Shown: piece after piece, positions 12,631 through 25,190 of the stretch | Position numbering within the stretch: the first letter of the stretch is position 1 | How the letters are laid out: each line of letters starts with the position of its first letter | Source of the DNA: Chiloscyllium plagiosum | Taxonomy: Eukaryota | DNA: 64,000 nucleotides | NCBI RefSeq assembly: GCF_004010195.1 | Contig: NC_057718.1 | Span: 12,508,121 to 12,572,120 of the forward strand | Reading direction: 5' to 3' | Translations under genes and position numbers: made by a program | Notes under the pieces: generated by a model | The model's database searches: none | What the model was told of the DNA's origin: nothing | What the model saw: only the letters and a program-made list of their open reading frames with translations

Positions 12631-15098
12631 TCAGGTCTTGCCCCAAATCAATCAAATACGTCCCTGCAGTTTGTTAGTTGAGGCCTTTCACAAATTGCTG
12701 GAGGAGATGGGCTAATCAAGAGTGAGTGAGCGGTGTGAGGGTTGGGAGGCGTTGAGGTGGATTATGAATCAGCATCAGCTCCCTGTCTTGTGTATTCCCC
12801 GTGGGTGGTATGTTCACCAATGGCTAGCCTCTAGTGGCCCCTCTGGGACCACCATTCACCTACAAGAAAGTCAGGTTCCAAGTGCACTTCCAAAGCATTT
12901 TTTCTGAAGAAAATAAATTCAAACAGAAACTGCAGTTGAAGGTTGGAAGGAAACGTTTGACCATTTAGATCAGGAATTACCAGTCACATGGGCAAGAATG
13001 CTTATCTATAATTGCACTATTTCTAGTCAGTGATCCCCTGAGAATCATTTCCTGAAAATAGTTTCTTTTAAATCAGCTAAACATGCATACCAGCATTATA
13101 CATCATCGCAGATTGTCATCGATGAGTTTCAGCCCTTTGAACTTTTCCTTTAAATGTTAATCATTGAGTGATGGGAAAGGGTTTTGTAAATTGTGGATTT
13201 TGCAAATTGCCAAGATTAAAAAGTTGGAAAGACCCTGTTTTAGATGCGTTGCAACATTCTTTGAACAGCTTTACATTGACAGCAAAACGATACAATGAAC
13301 TGTTGGTAGACAAGCTTCCTATAGTGTGGAATTAACATCAAGATCCAGAATCCCTTTTTCAGCCTGATTTGATAGCACAGGATATCTGATAGCAGGAAAT
13401 GAATTTTCCTGTCTGACAAGAACAAGAAAAACTACACAATCTCTTTCTATCAGTGCTGTGGGTGTACCTACACCTCATAGACCGCAGCAGTTCAAGAAGG
13501 TGGCTCATTCTCTCAAGGGTAATTAAAGATATACAATAAATCATGGCATTACCAGCAACAATCATACTGCAAGAAAGGCACAGAATCGATAACCCATAAA
13601 CGATAAACACTAAGTACATGTTGAGGTGAAGGATACATCATAATGACGTTTTAACGGCTATTTCGCGTACTTAAAGTAGACCAAGAGACACACAATCCAC
13701 GTGAGGCATTTGTCTTCAACGACTCTAAGTAGTTTTCCAGCTCTGCTGTTGCTCTTTTTCCACCACATTGCTTTCTTCCAGGACCTTCCTTCAGGCCTGA
13801 TGTGCCAATGACTTTGAAGAACATCTCCTTCACTTTCCTCAAGGATAATCCCTGCCTTTGCTTGCTTTTGGAAACAACTTTAACTAATATATCCACCACA
13901 TTGTAAATATTCATCTCATTCCACTTCTCTGATTTTAGTTCCTACTTCACAATTTGTATGTAGCTGTATAATAGAATGCTCAATCCAGTCCAAAGCAAAT
14001 GGTCCTTTTAAAAGCTTTCAACATCTCCGACTACACACGGCGAAAATGGAAACCCAGAGGTGACAAGTAGATAGGGTCTGTGATTTGCTATTGAAACGTG
14101 CATTTCCTGTTTTAACAGAGACACTGACTTATTGCTCTGGGATTTGCAGTTAGCAATGAGGTGATGCCACCTGACCCGGAAGAAAGCTACTCACAAAGAC
14201 CCAATGATCCTGGTACCGTAGGTTTCCCTTCTCCTAATAACGGTTTGAATCTGGCATCAAATTGAGGTGACCTCTTGGCATCCCACACAGCAGAAAGACA
14301 AACACTACTGTGCCATTGTTTCTTTCATTGATAGCCCACCCTTAAAGGAAGGGATTTGTGAATTTTACCAGAGGCATATTGATGCATGCACATGCTTGAG
14401 TGTCAGGACCATCTGAAGCTGAATAGGTCCAAAGTTATATAATAACCACCCATCTTCCTTAACAGCTTTTATGTCCATTTTTAAAAATGTACCTTTAAAA
14501 TGTGTATAATACTATACAAATTGTATAACACAATTCTACTGGACAGGTCCCATGGAAACAGAAAGCAATGCTTGTCAGTAAGCAATGGAAGCAGCCAATC
14601 ACACTGCAGTCTTCACACAAACTGCAACCAGGATAAAAACAAAGAGATCTGAAACAAGCAAAAACATTACTGAAGATAATCTTTGGGATAAAATTCATGA
14701 AGTATAGGAACTTCGTGTGTCTTGTGTTTGATTCTCATAATCAGATCAATCCAATTATTTATCCATTTATCTTTATTCTGTGTTGCTTTAGTCCCTTAAG
14801 GTTTATTCACTTCCTCTCTTCCTTCTGACCATCACAGATTACCCAGCATTCACTGCTTTCAGTCCACCAGACACTGAAGGTGTGTGCAAGTGGGAAGTTG
14901 TGCCTCAGTATTAGCAGTGTTCGTCATATCCAGCTGTGTTAGGCTGAGCAATTGTATGTAGCCAACTGCGATAGTACAGTAAATGGTAGGGCCCTGGATA
15001 GTGTTGTCGAACAGAGAGACTCAGGGACATAAAATTTGCATCAGAGATAGTCAGGGTGGTTAAGAAATCACTTAGCACATTTGCCCTCATTGCTCAGA

Positions 15099-15328
15099 TT
15101 GGGCAAAAGTGGGTACTGCAAATACTGGAGATTAGAGTCTAGATTAGAGTAGTGCTGAAAAGGCAGAGCAGGTCAGGCAGCATCCGAAGAGCAGGAAAAT
15201 CGACGTTTCGCGCAAAAGCCCTTCATCTGGAATGTCATCCTGATGAAGGGATTTTACCTGAAATGTTGATTTTCCTGCTTCTCGGATGCTGCCTGACCTG
15301 CTGTGCTTTTCCAGCACCACCCTAATCT
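15099..15328. mobile_element. Inverted pair of Penelope-like terminal repeats with 12-bp TSD
   Basis: The arms at about 15140-15230 and 15237-15328 are reverse complements of each other. TCATTGCTCAGA flanks the insert at 15087-15098 and 15329-15340. Each arm has a hammerhead-like core. Confidence 0.8.
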
Positions 15329-15505
15329 TCATTGCTCAGACTGTTGAGTTTAGGAGCTGGGACATCATGTTGGGGTTGTACAGGATGTTAGTGAGGCCAC
15401 TTTTATAATACTGTGTACAGTTACAGCATTTAAAAGACATTTGGTTAGGTACATGAATAGCAAGAGTTTAGAAGGATATGGGCTAAACACAGGGAAATGG
15501 GATTA

Positions 15506-15634
15506 GTTTGCCCGTAGTGTTAGGTGCATTAGTCAGAGGGAAATGGATCTGGGTGGGTTACTCTTCGGAGGGTCGGTGTGGACTTGTTGGGCTGAAGGGC
15601 CTGTTTCCACACTGTAGGGAATCTAATCTAATCT
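15506..15634 (+). mobile_element. HE1 SINE 3' half
   Basis: TTGCCCGTAGTGTTAGG...GGGCCTGTTTCCACACTGTAGGGAATCTAATCTAATCT. Confidence 0.85.
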
Positions 15635-15704
15635 AGTTTAGTTTGAGAAACTTAGTCAGCATGGACAAGTTGAACTGGAGTCTGTTTCTGTGCCGTATGA
15701 CTTT

Positions 15705-15870
15705 GGAGCAACTCAGCAGGTCGAGCAGGCATTTGTAGAGAGAAAGCAGAGTTAACATTTTGAGTCCAGTGACCCTTCTGAAGAAACTTTACCTGTTTCT
15801 TTCCTCCACAGATGCTGTCGGACCTGCAGAGATTCCCCAGCAATTCCTGCTTTTCTTTGTTGCAAACCCA
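15705..15870. mobile_element. Inverted pair of terminal fragments from a second Penelope-like family
   Basis: CAACTCAGCAGGTC...GAGAGAAAGCAGAGTTAAC is followed by its complement ...CCTCCACAGATGCTGTCGGACCTGC. The same family occurs at 23030-23150, 24835-24968 and 33445-33580. Confidence 0.6.
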
Positions 15871-17423
15871 GAAGTTATTAAGTTTTCAGAGTTTTAAAAA
15901 TGTAATCAGTGGTAAGATGTGGCCATCACTGGCTAAGCCAGCATTTATTGCCTGTCCCTAGTTGCCTCTTGAGAAGGTGGTGGCTTCTTGAACCACTGCA
16001 GTCCACCTGCACTGGGCTGACTCACAATACCATCAAGGAGGGAATTCCAGGATTTTGACTCCGTGACAATGAAGTAACAGTGATATATTGGCTTGGAAGG
16101 GAAGTTGCAGTAGGTAGTATTCTACACATCTGTTGCCTATGTCCTTCAAGATGGAAGTGGTCAGGAGTTTGGAAGCTGCTGTCTAAGAAGCACCAGTGAA
16201 TTTCTGCAGTGTGTGTTATAGAGAATACACTCTGCTGCTACTGAGCATCGGTGATGGAGGGAGTGGATGCTTGTGGATGTGGTGCTAATCAAGTGGGCTA
16301 TTTTGTCCTGGAGGCTGTCAGGCTTCTTGAGTGTTTTTGGAGCTGCAGCAATCCAGGCAATGGGGAATATTCCATCACATCCTGACTTGTGCCTTGTAGA
16401 TGATGGGTCAGGCTTTGAGGTGTTAGGAGGTGGATTAGTTGTCACAGTATACCTAGCATCTGACCTGCTCTTGTAGCCACTGTGTTTATATGGTGAGAAC
16501 AGTGAGTTTCTGGTCAATGGTAACCCCCAGGATGTTGATAGTGGGTGATTCAGTGATGGTAATACCAGTGAATGTCAAGACGCAGTGGTTAGATTGTCTC
16601 TTTTTGGAGATGGTCATTGCTTGGCATTTATGTGGTGTGAATGTGACTTGTCACTCTGGATATTTCTAGATCTTGTTGCATTTGAACATGGGCTACTTCA
16701 GTATCTGAGGATTCGTTTGGCTGAACTGGTCCTCACCCTTAACAATTTGTCCTTCAAATCCTCCCACTTCCTCCAGACCAAAGGGGTTGATATGGACACC
16801 CATATGGGCCCCAGCTATGCCTGTCTCTTTGTTGGCTATGTAGAACAGTCCATCTTCCGTAGTTACACTGGCACCACTCCCCATCGCTTCCTCCACTACA
16901 TCGATGACTGCATCGGTGCCATCTCGTGCTCCCGTGAGGAGGTTGAGCAGTTCATCAACTTCACAAACACATTCCACCCCGACTTTAAATTCACCTGGAC
17001 CATTTCAGACACCTCTCTCCCCTTCCTGGATCTCTCCATCTCCATTGACACTGACATTTTTACAAACCCAGCGACTCCCACAGCTACCTGGATTATACCT
17101 CTTCCCACCCTATCTCCTGTAAAATTGCCATCCCATATTCCCAATTCCTTCGCCTTCACCGTATCTGCTCCCAGGAGCACCGGTTCCACCACAGAACACA
17201 CCAGATGGCCTCCTTCTTTAGAGACCGCAATTTCCCTTCCCACGTGGTTGAAGATGTCCTCCAACGCATCTCATCCACATCCCGCACCTCCGCTCTCAAA
17301 CCCTACCCTCCAACTGTAACAAGGACAGAACCCCCTCCACGGTCCTCACCTTCCACCCTACAAACTTTTGCATAAACCGCATCACCCGCCAACATTTCCG
17401 CCACCTCCAAACGGACCCCACCA

Positions 17424-17828
17424 NNNNNNNNNNNNNNNNNNNNNNNNNNNNNNNNNNNNNNNNNNNNNNNNNNNNNNNNNNNNNNNNNNNNNNNNNNNNN
17501 NNNNNNNNNNNNNNNNNNNNNNNNNNNNNNNNNNNNNNNNNNNNNNNNNNNNNNNNNNNNNNNNNNNNNNNNNNNNNNNNNNNNNNNNNNNNNNNNNNNN
17601 NNNNNNNNNNNNNNNNNNNNNNNNNNNNNNNNNNNNNNNNNNNNNNNNNNNNNNNNNNNNNNNNNNNNNNNNNNNNNNNNNNNNNNNNNNNNNNNNNNNN
17701 NNNNNNNNNNNNNNNNNNNNNNNNNNNNNNNNNNNNNNNNNNNNNNNNNNNNNNNNNNNNNNNNNNNNNNNNNNNNNNNNNNNNNNNNNNNNNNNNNNNN
17801 NNNNNNNNNNNNNNNNNNNNNNNNNNNT
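17424..17828. other. Assembly gap (405 N)
   Basis: Run of N. Confidence 1.
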
Positions 17829-18036
17829 CTACTTATCCACTCCACCCTCCTCTCTGACCTATCACCTTCATCCCCACCTCCATTCACCTATTGTACTTTT
17901 TGCGACCTTCCCCCAACCTTCTCTCTGACCTATCACCTCCATCCCCACCCCCATTCACCTATTGTACTCTTTGCTACCGTCTCCCCAGCCCCATTCCCTC
18001 CCAGTTATCTCTCCACCCTGGAGGCTCCCTGCCTCC

Positions 18037-18072
18037 AATCCTGATGAAGGGCTTTTGCCTGAAACATTGATT
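18037..18072 (+). ncRNA. Minimal type I hammerhead ribozyme motif (Penelope-associated, probably mutated)
   Basis: AATC-CTGATGA-A-GGGC-TTTT-GCCT-GAAA-CATT-GATT: conserved core boxes, stem II and AATC/GATT stem I are present. The cleavage triplet has changed relative to the ACGTC seen in other copies. Confidence 0.65.
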
Positions 18073-19230
18073 TTTCTGCTCCATGGATGCTGCCTGACCT
18101 GCTGTGCTTTTCCAGCACCACTCTAATCCAGAGTCGTGAATAGTGCTGAACATTGTGGAATTATTGGCGAACATCAATACTTCTGACCTTCTAATGGAGA
18201 TAAAGTCATTGATGAAGGAGCTGAAGATGTTTGGGCCTGAGGAATTCCTGCAGAGATGTCCTGGAGCTGAGATGACTGACCTCCAACAACCACAACCACC
18301 TTGCTATGTGTCAGGTATGACTCCAACCAGCAGAGAGTTTGCCTCCTGTTACCCATTGATTCCAGTTTTGCTTGGTCTCCTTGATGCCACACTCAGTTCA
18401 GTGCAGCGTTGATGTCAAGAGCTGTCACTGTCACCTCACCTCTGGGATTTAGCTCTTTTGCCTGTGTTTGAACCAAGGCTGTAATGACGTCAGGAGCTGA
18501 GTGGCCCTGGCAGAACCCAAACTGGGCATCACTGAGCAGGTTATTGTTTGATAGCACTGTTGATGACCGCTTCCATCACTTTTACTGATGATGGAGAGTA
18601 GACTGATTGGGCGGTAATTGGCCAGTTGGATTTGTCCTGCTTTTTATGTACATACCTGGACAATTTTCCACATTGTCAGGTAGATGCCAGTGTTGCAACT
18701 GTACTGGAAGAGCTTGGCTAGGGAGTGGCAAGTTATGGAGCACGAGTCTTCAGTACCATTGCTGGAATGTGGTCAGTGTTCAGTGTATCCAATTATTTTT
18801 TTTTTGATATCACATGGAGTAAATTGAATAGTTCAGACAGTGAAATTGTAATTGTAGAAATAGATATCACGGGAAGAGGCCATTTGGCCTATCATGTCAG
18901 TGCCAGCTGGGAAAAAGGCTATCCAGCAAATCACAATTTCTGGCTCTTGCATGTTAAAGCAGTGCAAATATATATCCAAGCAATTTTTCAGTTAGAAGTT
19001 TCTGCAGGCAGAATTCAGGCAGTGAATTCCAGATCCCTAATTTAGACTAGGTTTTAAGATAGACACAAAAATATAAGATTATACAACTTTTTTTTTTTCA
19101 AAAATGCCCTAAGTGGGGAGTTTGTATTCCAAACAATTGAAAATTTCAGGTTCAGGAAGATTATTCAGAAGTATTTATGAACGTAATATATCACTGAAAA
19201 GTCAATTACCTCCATGTATATTTTATATAT

Positions 19231-19560
19231 CATAGAATCATAGAGTCCATACAATATGGAAGCAGGCCATTTGGCCCATCGAGCCACACTGACCCTCCGA
19301 ACAGCATCCATCCCAAACTCAACCCCCCCCCCCCCCCCCCCTCCCTGTAACCCTTTATCTCCCATGGCTAATCCACCTACTTTGCACATTCCTGGACATT
19401 ACGGGACAATTTTGCACGGTCAATTCACCTATCCTACAGATCTGTGGACTGTGGGAGGAAATGGGAGCACTCGGAGGAAACCCATGCAGTCACGAGGAGA
19501 ATGTGCAGACTCCACACTGACAGTTGCCTGAGGGTGGAATTAAATCTTGGTCCCTGGTGC
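19231..19560 (-). mobile_element. HE1-like V-SINE
   Basis: Reverse complement of GTGGAGTCTGCACATTCTCCTCGTG...GGGTTTCCTCC (V-domain), with a CR1-like tail CTCTATGATTCTATG. Confidence 0.85.
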
Positions 19561-19754
19561 GAACTTTATCTCAGATTTTTGCAAAGAGACTAACATTATA
19601 AAAATTGGAGCTACCATCAATTGGCTCCCTGTTTGGGATTGCATGCTGTCTGGCGGGTTTGCATTCTCAACAATATAGAGTGTAGAATCACTGACAGCAA
19701 CTTCTGGAGTTCTGCATTATTCTGAGCATGTATGGACTCCAGACAGTGGTCAGC

Positions 19755-19817
19755 TTCACCGAGGTAATGGCAACGAATGCTATCCGTTTCACCGAGGTAA
19801 TGGCAACGAATGCTATC
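19755..19817. repeat. 33-bp tandem duplication
   Basis: TTCACCGAGGTAATGGCAACGAATGCTATC occurs at 19755 and 19788. Confidence 0.95.
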
Positions 19818-20229
19818 AGTTTCACTGTCATTCCCAATGCAATATCTAGCTCTATTGATTTAATACAGGTTAACACCTCTGTTAAATTCAATGGGTATGA
19901 GTGCATTGACTCTTAGTGGCAAACCACTAGCTCTGGAATGTCATTACTTTCTGACACTACAGCAATCCTCCTGCTGTTACAGGAACCTCATCAATCCATC
20001 ATTGAGTATTTTAGCACTATCCTGCAGTTTCACTACAACTTAAAATTCAATTTTAATTAGTTGAAATGTAACAGAATTGAAAGTTTTATGTGCATTCCAA
20101 GCAGGACAGCCTGTCTCATTTACTCCCAAAGCTAAAGGTTTTAATGATATCTGAACTTAAATTATAAATTTATAATGCATTGTGTAAATGTCCATAGCCT
20201 TCAGATCAATTGATAATTTCTCATTGATT

Positions 20230-21179
20230 GCACCATCCCTGACCTACCAGCTCCCCCTCAGTTGATCGCGACAAGGTTAATATACAAAGGATCTGTTCCT
20301 TGCGGATGCCTTACTCCTACACCAAATCAAATTGTGGTTTTAAAGGCGCCAATTTAACCAGGCTTTCTTGAATTAACAGAAGAGTGCGTGTTATTAGTTA
20401 CTAAACATGAGAAGTAAGAATGCGACACACACACACATGCACACGAGCACACATGCACACACGCACACACACAATTAAGAATTGAAAAGTAAATCCAAAA
20501 AAAAAAACATCAAATTTAAAACATGTAGGAATCTATGGAGTGTTTGTGAAGAGCAGATTATCGAACTTTGTAGCCTTTACAATAGATGTTACCAGTAGCT
20601 GGTCATTGGACAGTTGATTTCCAGAATCTTGGCTTTGCAAGTTGATTGAAATTCTTTCCACTCGATTCCTTTCGACAGTGGCTGGCTTGAGACGTTCAGA
20701 CTGAGAGAGTGCTTTATCCCTTTCTTTACCTGTTTTGCACAGGTGCTTAACAATGTTATTGTAGCTGTGATCCTCACAACACATCAGTCTACATATTCAG
20801 TCATCAGGACGCACACACACACTCACTCACTCACTTACACCTTGAAGTTGCTGTTTACATCCGATCCTATATATTCTTACAAAGGGGTAACGCTCAAACC
20901 ATGCTTCTTACCCAAACTGCTGACTCTTTCCCATTGTATTCACAGTCTGAGGTAACTCCCAAGGGGAGCACTGTTCAGTTTGTACTGGATTTCCCCACTT
21001 TGAGGCATTTTGACACTTGAAGATTTGACATTCCAGAACCGATCTCCAGGCAGCCACTGGACTTAAATGCACTTTTATTTTGACTGTTTCAGTCCCCTTT
21101 TAATAGCACAGGGTGGAGTTTAAAACTTCAAGATGTCCCAGGGCTATGATCAGTGATCATAGCAGTAGTCACTATTACA
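20230..21179. mobile_element. Probable LTR remnant (related fragment at about 4247-4510)
   Basis: 20250-20400 resembles 4350-4505 (CTCAGT..ACAAGGTTAAT..AATT.AACC...TTTCT) and the segment ends in ...TATTACA. No TSD established. Confidence 0.4.
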
Positions 21180-21199
21180 ATAAAGGAAATACAGCTTGG

Positions 21200-21450
21200 A
21201 CACAGGGAACTGCCACCACAGCAATGTTAATCTTAACCAGATAAATCCATTTCCCTTGTTATGTCGGTTGATGCATAACTATTGTCCAAGTTGTTGGGAA
21301 TGCCTCCTTTGTTCTTCTTGGATAGAGTGCCATGGAGTCTGAGAGGACAAATGGGGTGTCAGCTTGATGTTTCTTGCAAAAAACAGCATTGCAAACAGAG
21401 CAGTACTCCCTCCGTGCTGACAAAGGTCACAGGTTCAAATTCCACTCCAG
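21200..21450 (-). mobile_element. Deu-domain SINE, decayed
   Basis: Contains GAGTGCCATGG...AGCAGTACTCCCTC, the reverse-strand Deu-SINE signature. Confidence 0.5.
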
Positions 21451-22576
21451 GTAAGAAGAGGGATTATTGCTCTGGAGTTGGCAACCTGGATTTTAGCACT
21501 GAACTTCCTGTGATGGATCTTGACTCATAGGCAAGGGGAATAGCCACTGAGCTGCTGCAGTGCTCGCTGAGTGTATTGACAGGCTGTGGTTGTACGGAGA
21601 AACCCTCAAGTAGCAGAGGCAAAGCTACATCAAGAATAGAAGGATCTTGGCAATGGCCAGCTCCTGCCTCAGCCTTATTCTTTTCATTGACTTCAGGCCA
21701 AATGAGACAAGGGTCAGTCCTTGGAATGGTGTTGTCTTCTTCGTAGGTGGTAGCCGCCCATGTCCCATCATAGCCGCCCACCCCCAACACCGCCCCCGCT
21801 CTCCATCTGTGTACATTCACTTTTAGTGGTTGTGAACAGATGTTTCCTGGAAACACACATAAGACGTCCAGATGCTACAACTTGGCTCAGCCACTGCAAC
21901 CCCAACTCTGTGACCAGTGCACATTGTTCATTGGCTGCGTGGATTGTACATAGGTTCTGGTGGCTGGACTGGTGGTTCAAAGCTTGGCTTTGAATCTATA
22001 AATGTCACAAAGCAAGCTACGTGTGTAATGCCAGTCCCGTGGATCTTCTGCAACATAGAACAGGATGAGACGTTCTTAGTTGTTTTCCTTGGCACCTACC
22101 CAAAGAATGTTGCATTCTGGTCTCAGCTCCCCACAAAGACATGTCTACACCATTGAATTTGTTCATAATTTTATATGTAGACTTGACAGAATGCTTTTCT
22201 TCTCTTTACCTTCTCCATCTCTGCAACTATCATCTCCATTTTCACTGGAGATTTGGTGTTACAATTTGAAGACTGCCATTCTTCTGAGTTAGCTCTTTGT
22301 CTTTCAGCCCCACTGCTTACACCCCTCACCACCTTTGCCAGGTATCGGCCTGAAAGTGAATCCATTCTTCCCACGTTTTAGCAACTCATTGTTGGTTTTC
22401 ACTAAGATTTCCTCACAAACAGGCTCTCAATTCCTTTGCTTTCACCAAAAGTCTGACCTTTGCCCAGCTGATCACACCAGTATTCATCACTCTGTAGGAA
22501 GCTCAAGGGTCTCAGCCTGCCCAGTGAAGGTGCCTCTTTTCCCAGGGTATGTACACCCTGTAATTAGTACTTTCTG

Positions 22577-22667
22577 TAGAATCATAGAATCTCTACAGTG
22601 TGGAAAAAGGCCCTTTGGCCCAACATATCCACACTGACCCTCTGAAGTGGAACCCACCCAGACCCAT
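22577..22667 (-). mobile_element. HE1 SINE 3' tail
   Basis: TAGAATCATAGAATCTCTACAGTGTGGAAAAAGGCCCTTTGGCCCAAC. Confidence 0.8.
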
Positions 22668-22830
22668 TCTGTACCGATGGGACGGTCTCCACCTGAACCA
22701 ATCTGGAACCAGTGTTCTGGCAAAAAGGATAAATAGGGTGGTCACTAGGACTTTAAACTTGAGAGTCGGAGGGAAGAGAAAGGGAAAGCTACAGGGAGCA
22801 TGGAGTCAAGTAAAAAGATAAGCAGCAGGT
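22668..22830 (+). mobile_element. CR1 ORF1 (SGNH/GDSL esterase) C-terminal fragment
   Basis: LYRWDGLHLNQSGTSVLAKRINRVVTRTLN contains the DGLH catalytic block found in CR1 ORF1 esterases. Confidence 0.7.
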
Positions 22831-24699
22831 TCAGGCTCAGTCGGAGAGACTGACCTTATCCCACGAGCTTATTCTTGCATTTGTCTAGAATCTCTTGTGT
22901 CTCCTAGCTATCCTGTCATGTTCAACAGCCAATGAATTAAGTTAGATTTGCTGCTGCAGTATAAGAGGCATGACGGTCAATTAGCTCACAGCCAGCTCCC
23001 AGAAACAGATTAGAGATAACAACCGCAAGAACAGAGGATGCTGGAAATCTGAAGCAAACACAGAAACTGCTGGAAAACCTCAGCAGATCTGGCAGCATCT
23101 GTGGAGAGAAATCACAGTAAAGTTTTGAATACAGTCATCCTTCCTCAGAACTGCAACGGAATTGAGATAATAACAAGATAAACTTCTTTGTCAGTGGTGT
23201 TGTTTGAGGTGTAAGTTTGACTCAGATTTTAAGAGAGCTCCTCTTTTTGAAAGTGCCTATGGATTCATTGACCTCATTGTCGTCCAGTAGGAACTCTGTC
23301 AACCAGGAGGTATGACAATGGGCACATGGTTTGAGCCATGTTCACTAATGGTAATTGGGAAAAGCCACAACACAGATCAAATGTACTTCAGAAATGTATA
23401 TTTACTGAGTAAATTATCCAGTGACTAAGGAAACAAAGCACACACAATGATCATAAACACTGGCACACTCTTTTTCATCCTACTATTTTAACAGCAAACA
23501 CACAGAAAGGTGAAAGTTCACAAGCAAATGCTGTACAAATATGAATATCAGGCTCACGTGCTCCCTGGTGGTGTTAGTCACTTGTTAATTATTAAGCCGC
23601 TGTTCTGTGCATAGCTAATTGGAAATCCCTGTGAAAGTGTCCATACAGTCACAAGGAGCCAAATATCCTTCCTGTGATATAAGATTCTACACTTTGGAGA
23701 GGTGGAGTTGATTTTCACAAACTTCATTAAAATCCCCAGCACGATTTCAGCTCGAACTGCATATTCTCCCCTTGGTGGCATATGGTCCATTGTGGTTATG
23801 GCAGCACAGTGGTCAAACCTGACCAGCATAGGTACCGTGTCTGGACCAGCCAGTGACATACACCAGCCTTGCCTAATGTGCCAAGTCTAAGAGGTTTGGC
23901 AGGAAATGATTTAATGATAAAAATTGTCCTGTCCACCCAATAGTTTCATAAACATTTCCAGACACCAATCCACATTTTTATCACTTCATCTGCACAGTTA
24001 AAAACAATATTTAGAAGGTTTTTTTTGTTGACTCTTAGAGCGAGGAACACTGCTTTCTCTTTAAACATGACATCACACTGCTTCCTGCCAGCAACTGGAT
24101 TACACTGGGGACTGCAGCAAATGTCAACACAGTTAATTTTTGTTAATCTCATAAAAATATGGGTCTGAAATTACACCGTGGGACGGCACCATTCAAAGTT
24201 CTTATTGAGTTAATCTCAGCTCCTCCCTCCAGTGCTTAAACACTTCAAAGAGATCATCACCTCCCCTCAACTTGTGGCAAGAGAACAGCCCAGACAGACT
24301 TGTTAGTCATTTGCACACAACTGTCCCATGGGAGAACTTTAAGCCATGTAAACGTGATTCTTTTGCCAAAGTTTTGCAACCCTCCGCCCTGATGAAGCAG
24401 AAAATGTACCAAAATACATCAGTCTGGAATGCAGTGCCTCAAGAAAGCAGTGGGAGCAGTTTCAGTTATAATTTTCTGAAGAGAATTTTGATATGGTACC
24501 ATGGTTAACAGGTTACGGTGGGACAACAGGAAAATTAAACCAAGGATAAATGGACTGAGTGACCTCCTCTTGTGAGTTATGATTCTGTGATTGGCAATGC
24601 ACCTCCAAAAACAATGGGTTGAACAGGGCAATCATAATCCTTTTTCACACTGGCGTCTGCTTGAATGAGATCAGTCTTGTTAATATGAACGTATCGATC

Positions 24700-25190
24700 A
24701 GTAACGAGAGTAGACCACTCAGCCCTTCAAGCCTGTTCTGCCATTCAATAAGACCTACGCTGTTCTGATTTTAACCTCAGCTCTACATACCTGCATGCCT
24801 CCGATAATCTTTCATCCCCTCAGCAATCAACAATAAAAACTGAAAGAACCGCAGATGTTGTAAATCAGAAGCAAAAACAGAAGTTGCCGGAAAAACTCAG
24901 CAGTCTGGCAGCATCTGTGGAGAGAAATCAAAGTTAACGTTTTGGGCCCAGTGACTCTTCCTCAGAACAATCTATCTATCTCTGCCTTAAGAATAATTAA
25001 AGATTCTGATCCGCTGCCTTTTGAGGAAGGGTATTCCAAAGATTCCCAACCCTCTGAGAGAGAAAAAAGAAGTTCTTCAGTTGTCTTAAATGGGTCACCC
25101 CATATTTTTTAACGATGATCTAGATTCTAGATTGTTCTAGATTTTCCCCAAACAGGAAGCATCCTTTCCACATCCATCTGATCAAGTCCT
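24700..25190 (-). mobile_element. CR1 3' end with a nested Penelope-derived short insert (about 24835-24968)
   Basis: GAGTAGACCACTCAGCCCTTCAAGCCTG is a CR1 tail. The insert has a hammerhead-like CTGAGGAAGAGTC...CCAAAACGTTAAC on the minus strand. Confidence 0.75.

Larger units (their letters stand above)
14970..15702 (+). mobile_element. Fragmented HER1/CR1 LINE hosting nested Penelope-derived and HE1 insertions
   Basis: CR1 segments lie at 14970-15098, 15329-15505 and 15633-15702, flanking the insertions. Confidence 0.7.
16711..18130 (+). mobile_element. Penelope-like element: RT fragment plus 3' terminal repeat (spans the assembly gap)
   Basis: The frame reads RLAELVLTLNNLSF..HFLQTKGVDMDTHMGPSYACLFVG..FLHYIDDC..FTWTISDTSLPFLDLSI, matching PLE RT motifs, with a frameshift after that. 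The terminus carries CTGATGAAGGGCTTTTGCCTGAAAC. Confidence 0.9.
15910..18830 (-). mobile_element. CR1/L2-superfamily LINE (family B) split by a Penelope insertion
   Basis: ORFs 16161-16517 and 18174-18392 (LCWLESYLTHSKVVVVVGGQSSQLQDISAGIPQ, RT domain). The flanks ...TATCTGAGGA and GAGTCGTGAATAG... rejoin across 16711-18130. Confidence 0.8.

Noticed and set aside
16585..17319. 244-aa ORF as a host gene
   Set aside because: It is a chimera of antisense LINE sequence and a frameshifted Penelope RT.
17303..17928. Long ORFs across 17424-17828
   Set aside because: Artefacts of the N gap.
19323..19346. Poly-C/G-quadruplex element
   Set aside because: Homopolymer expansion inside an HE1 SINE, possibly sequencing-related.
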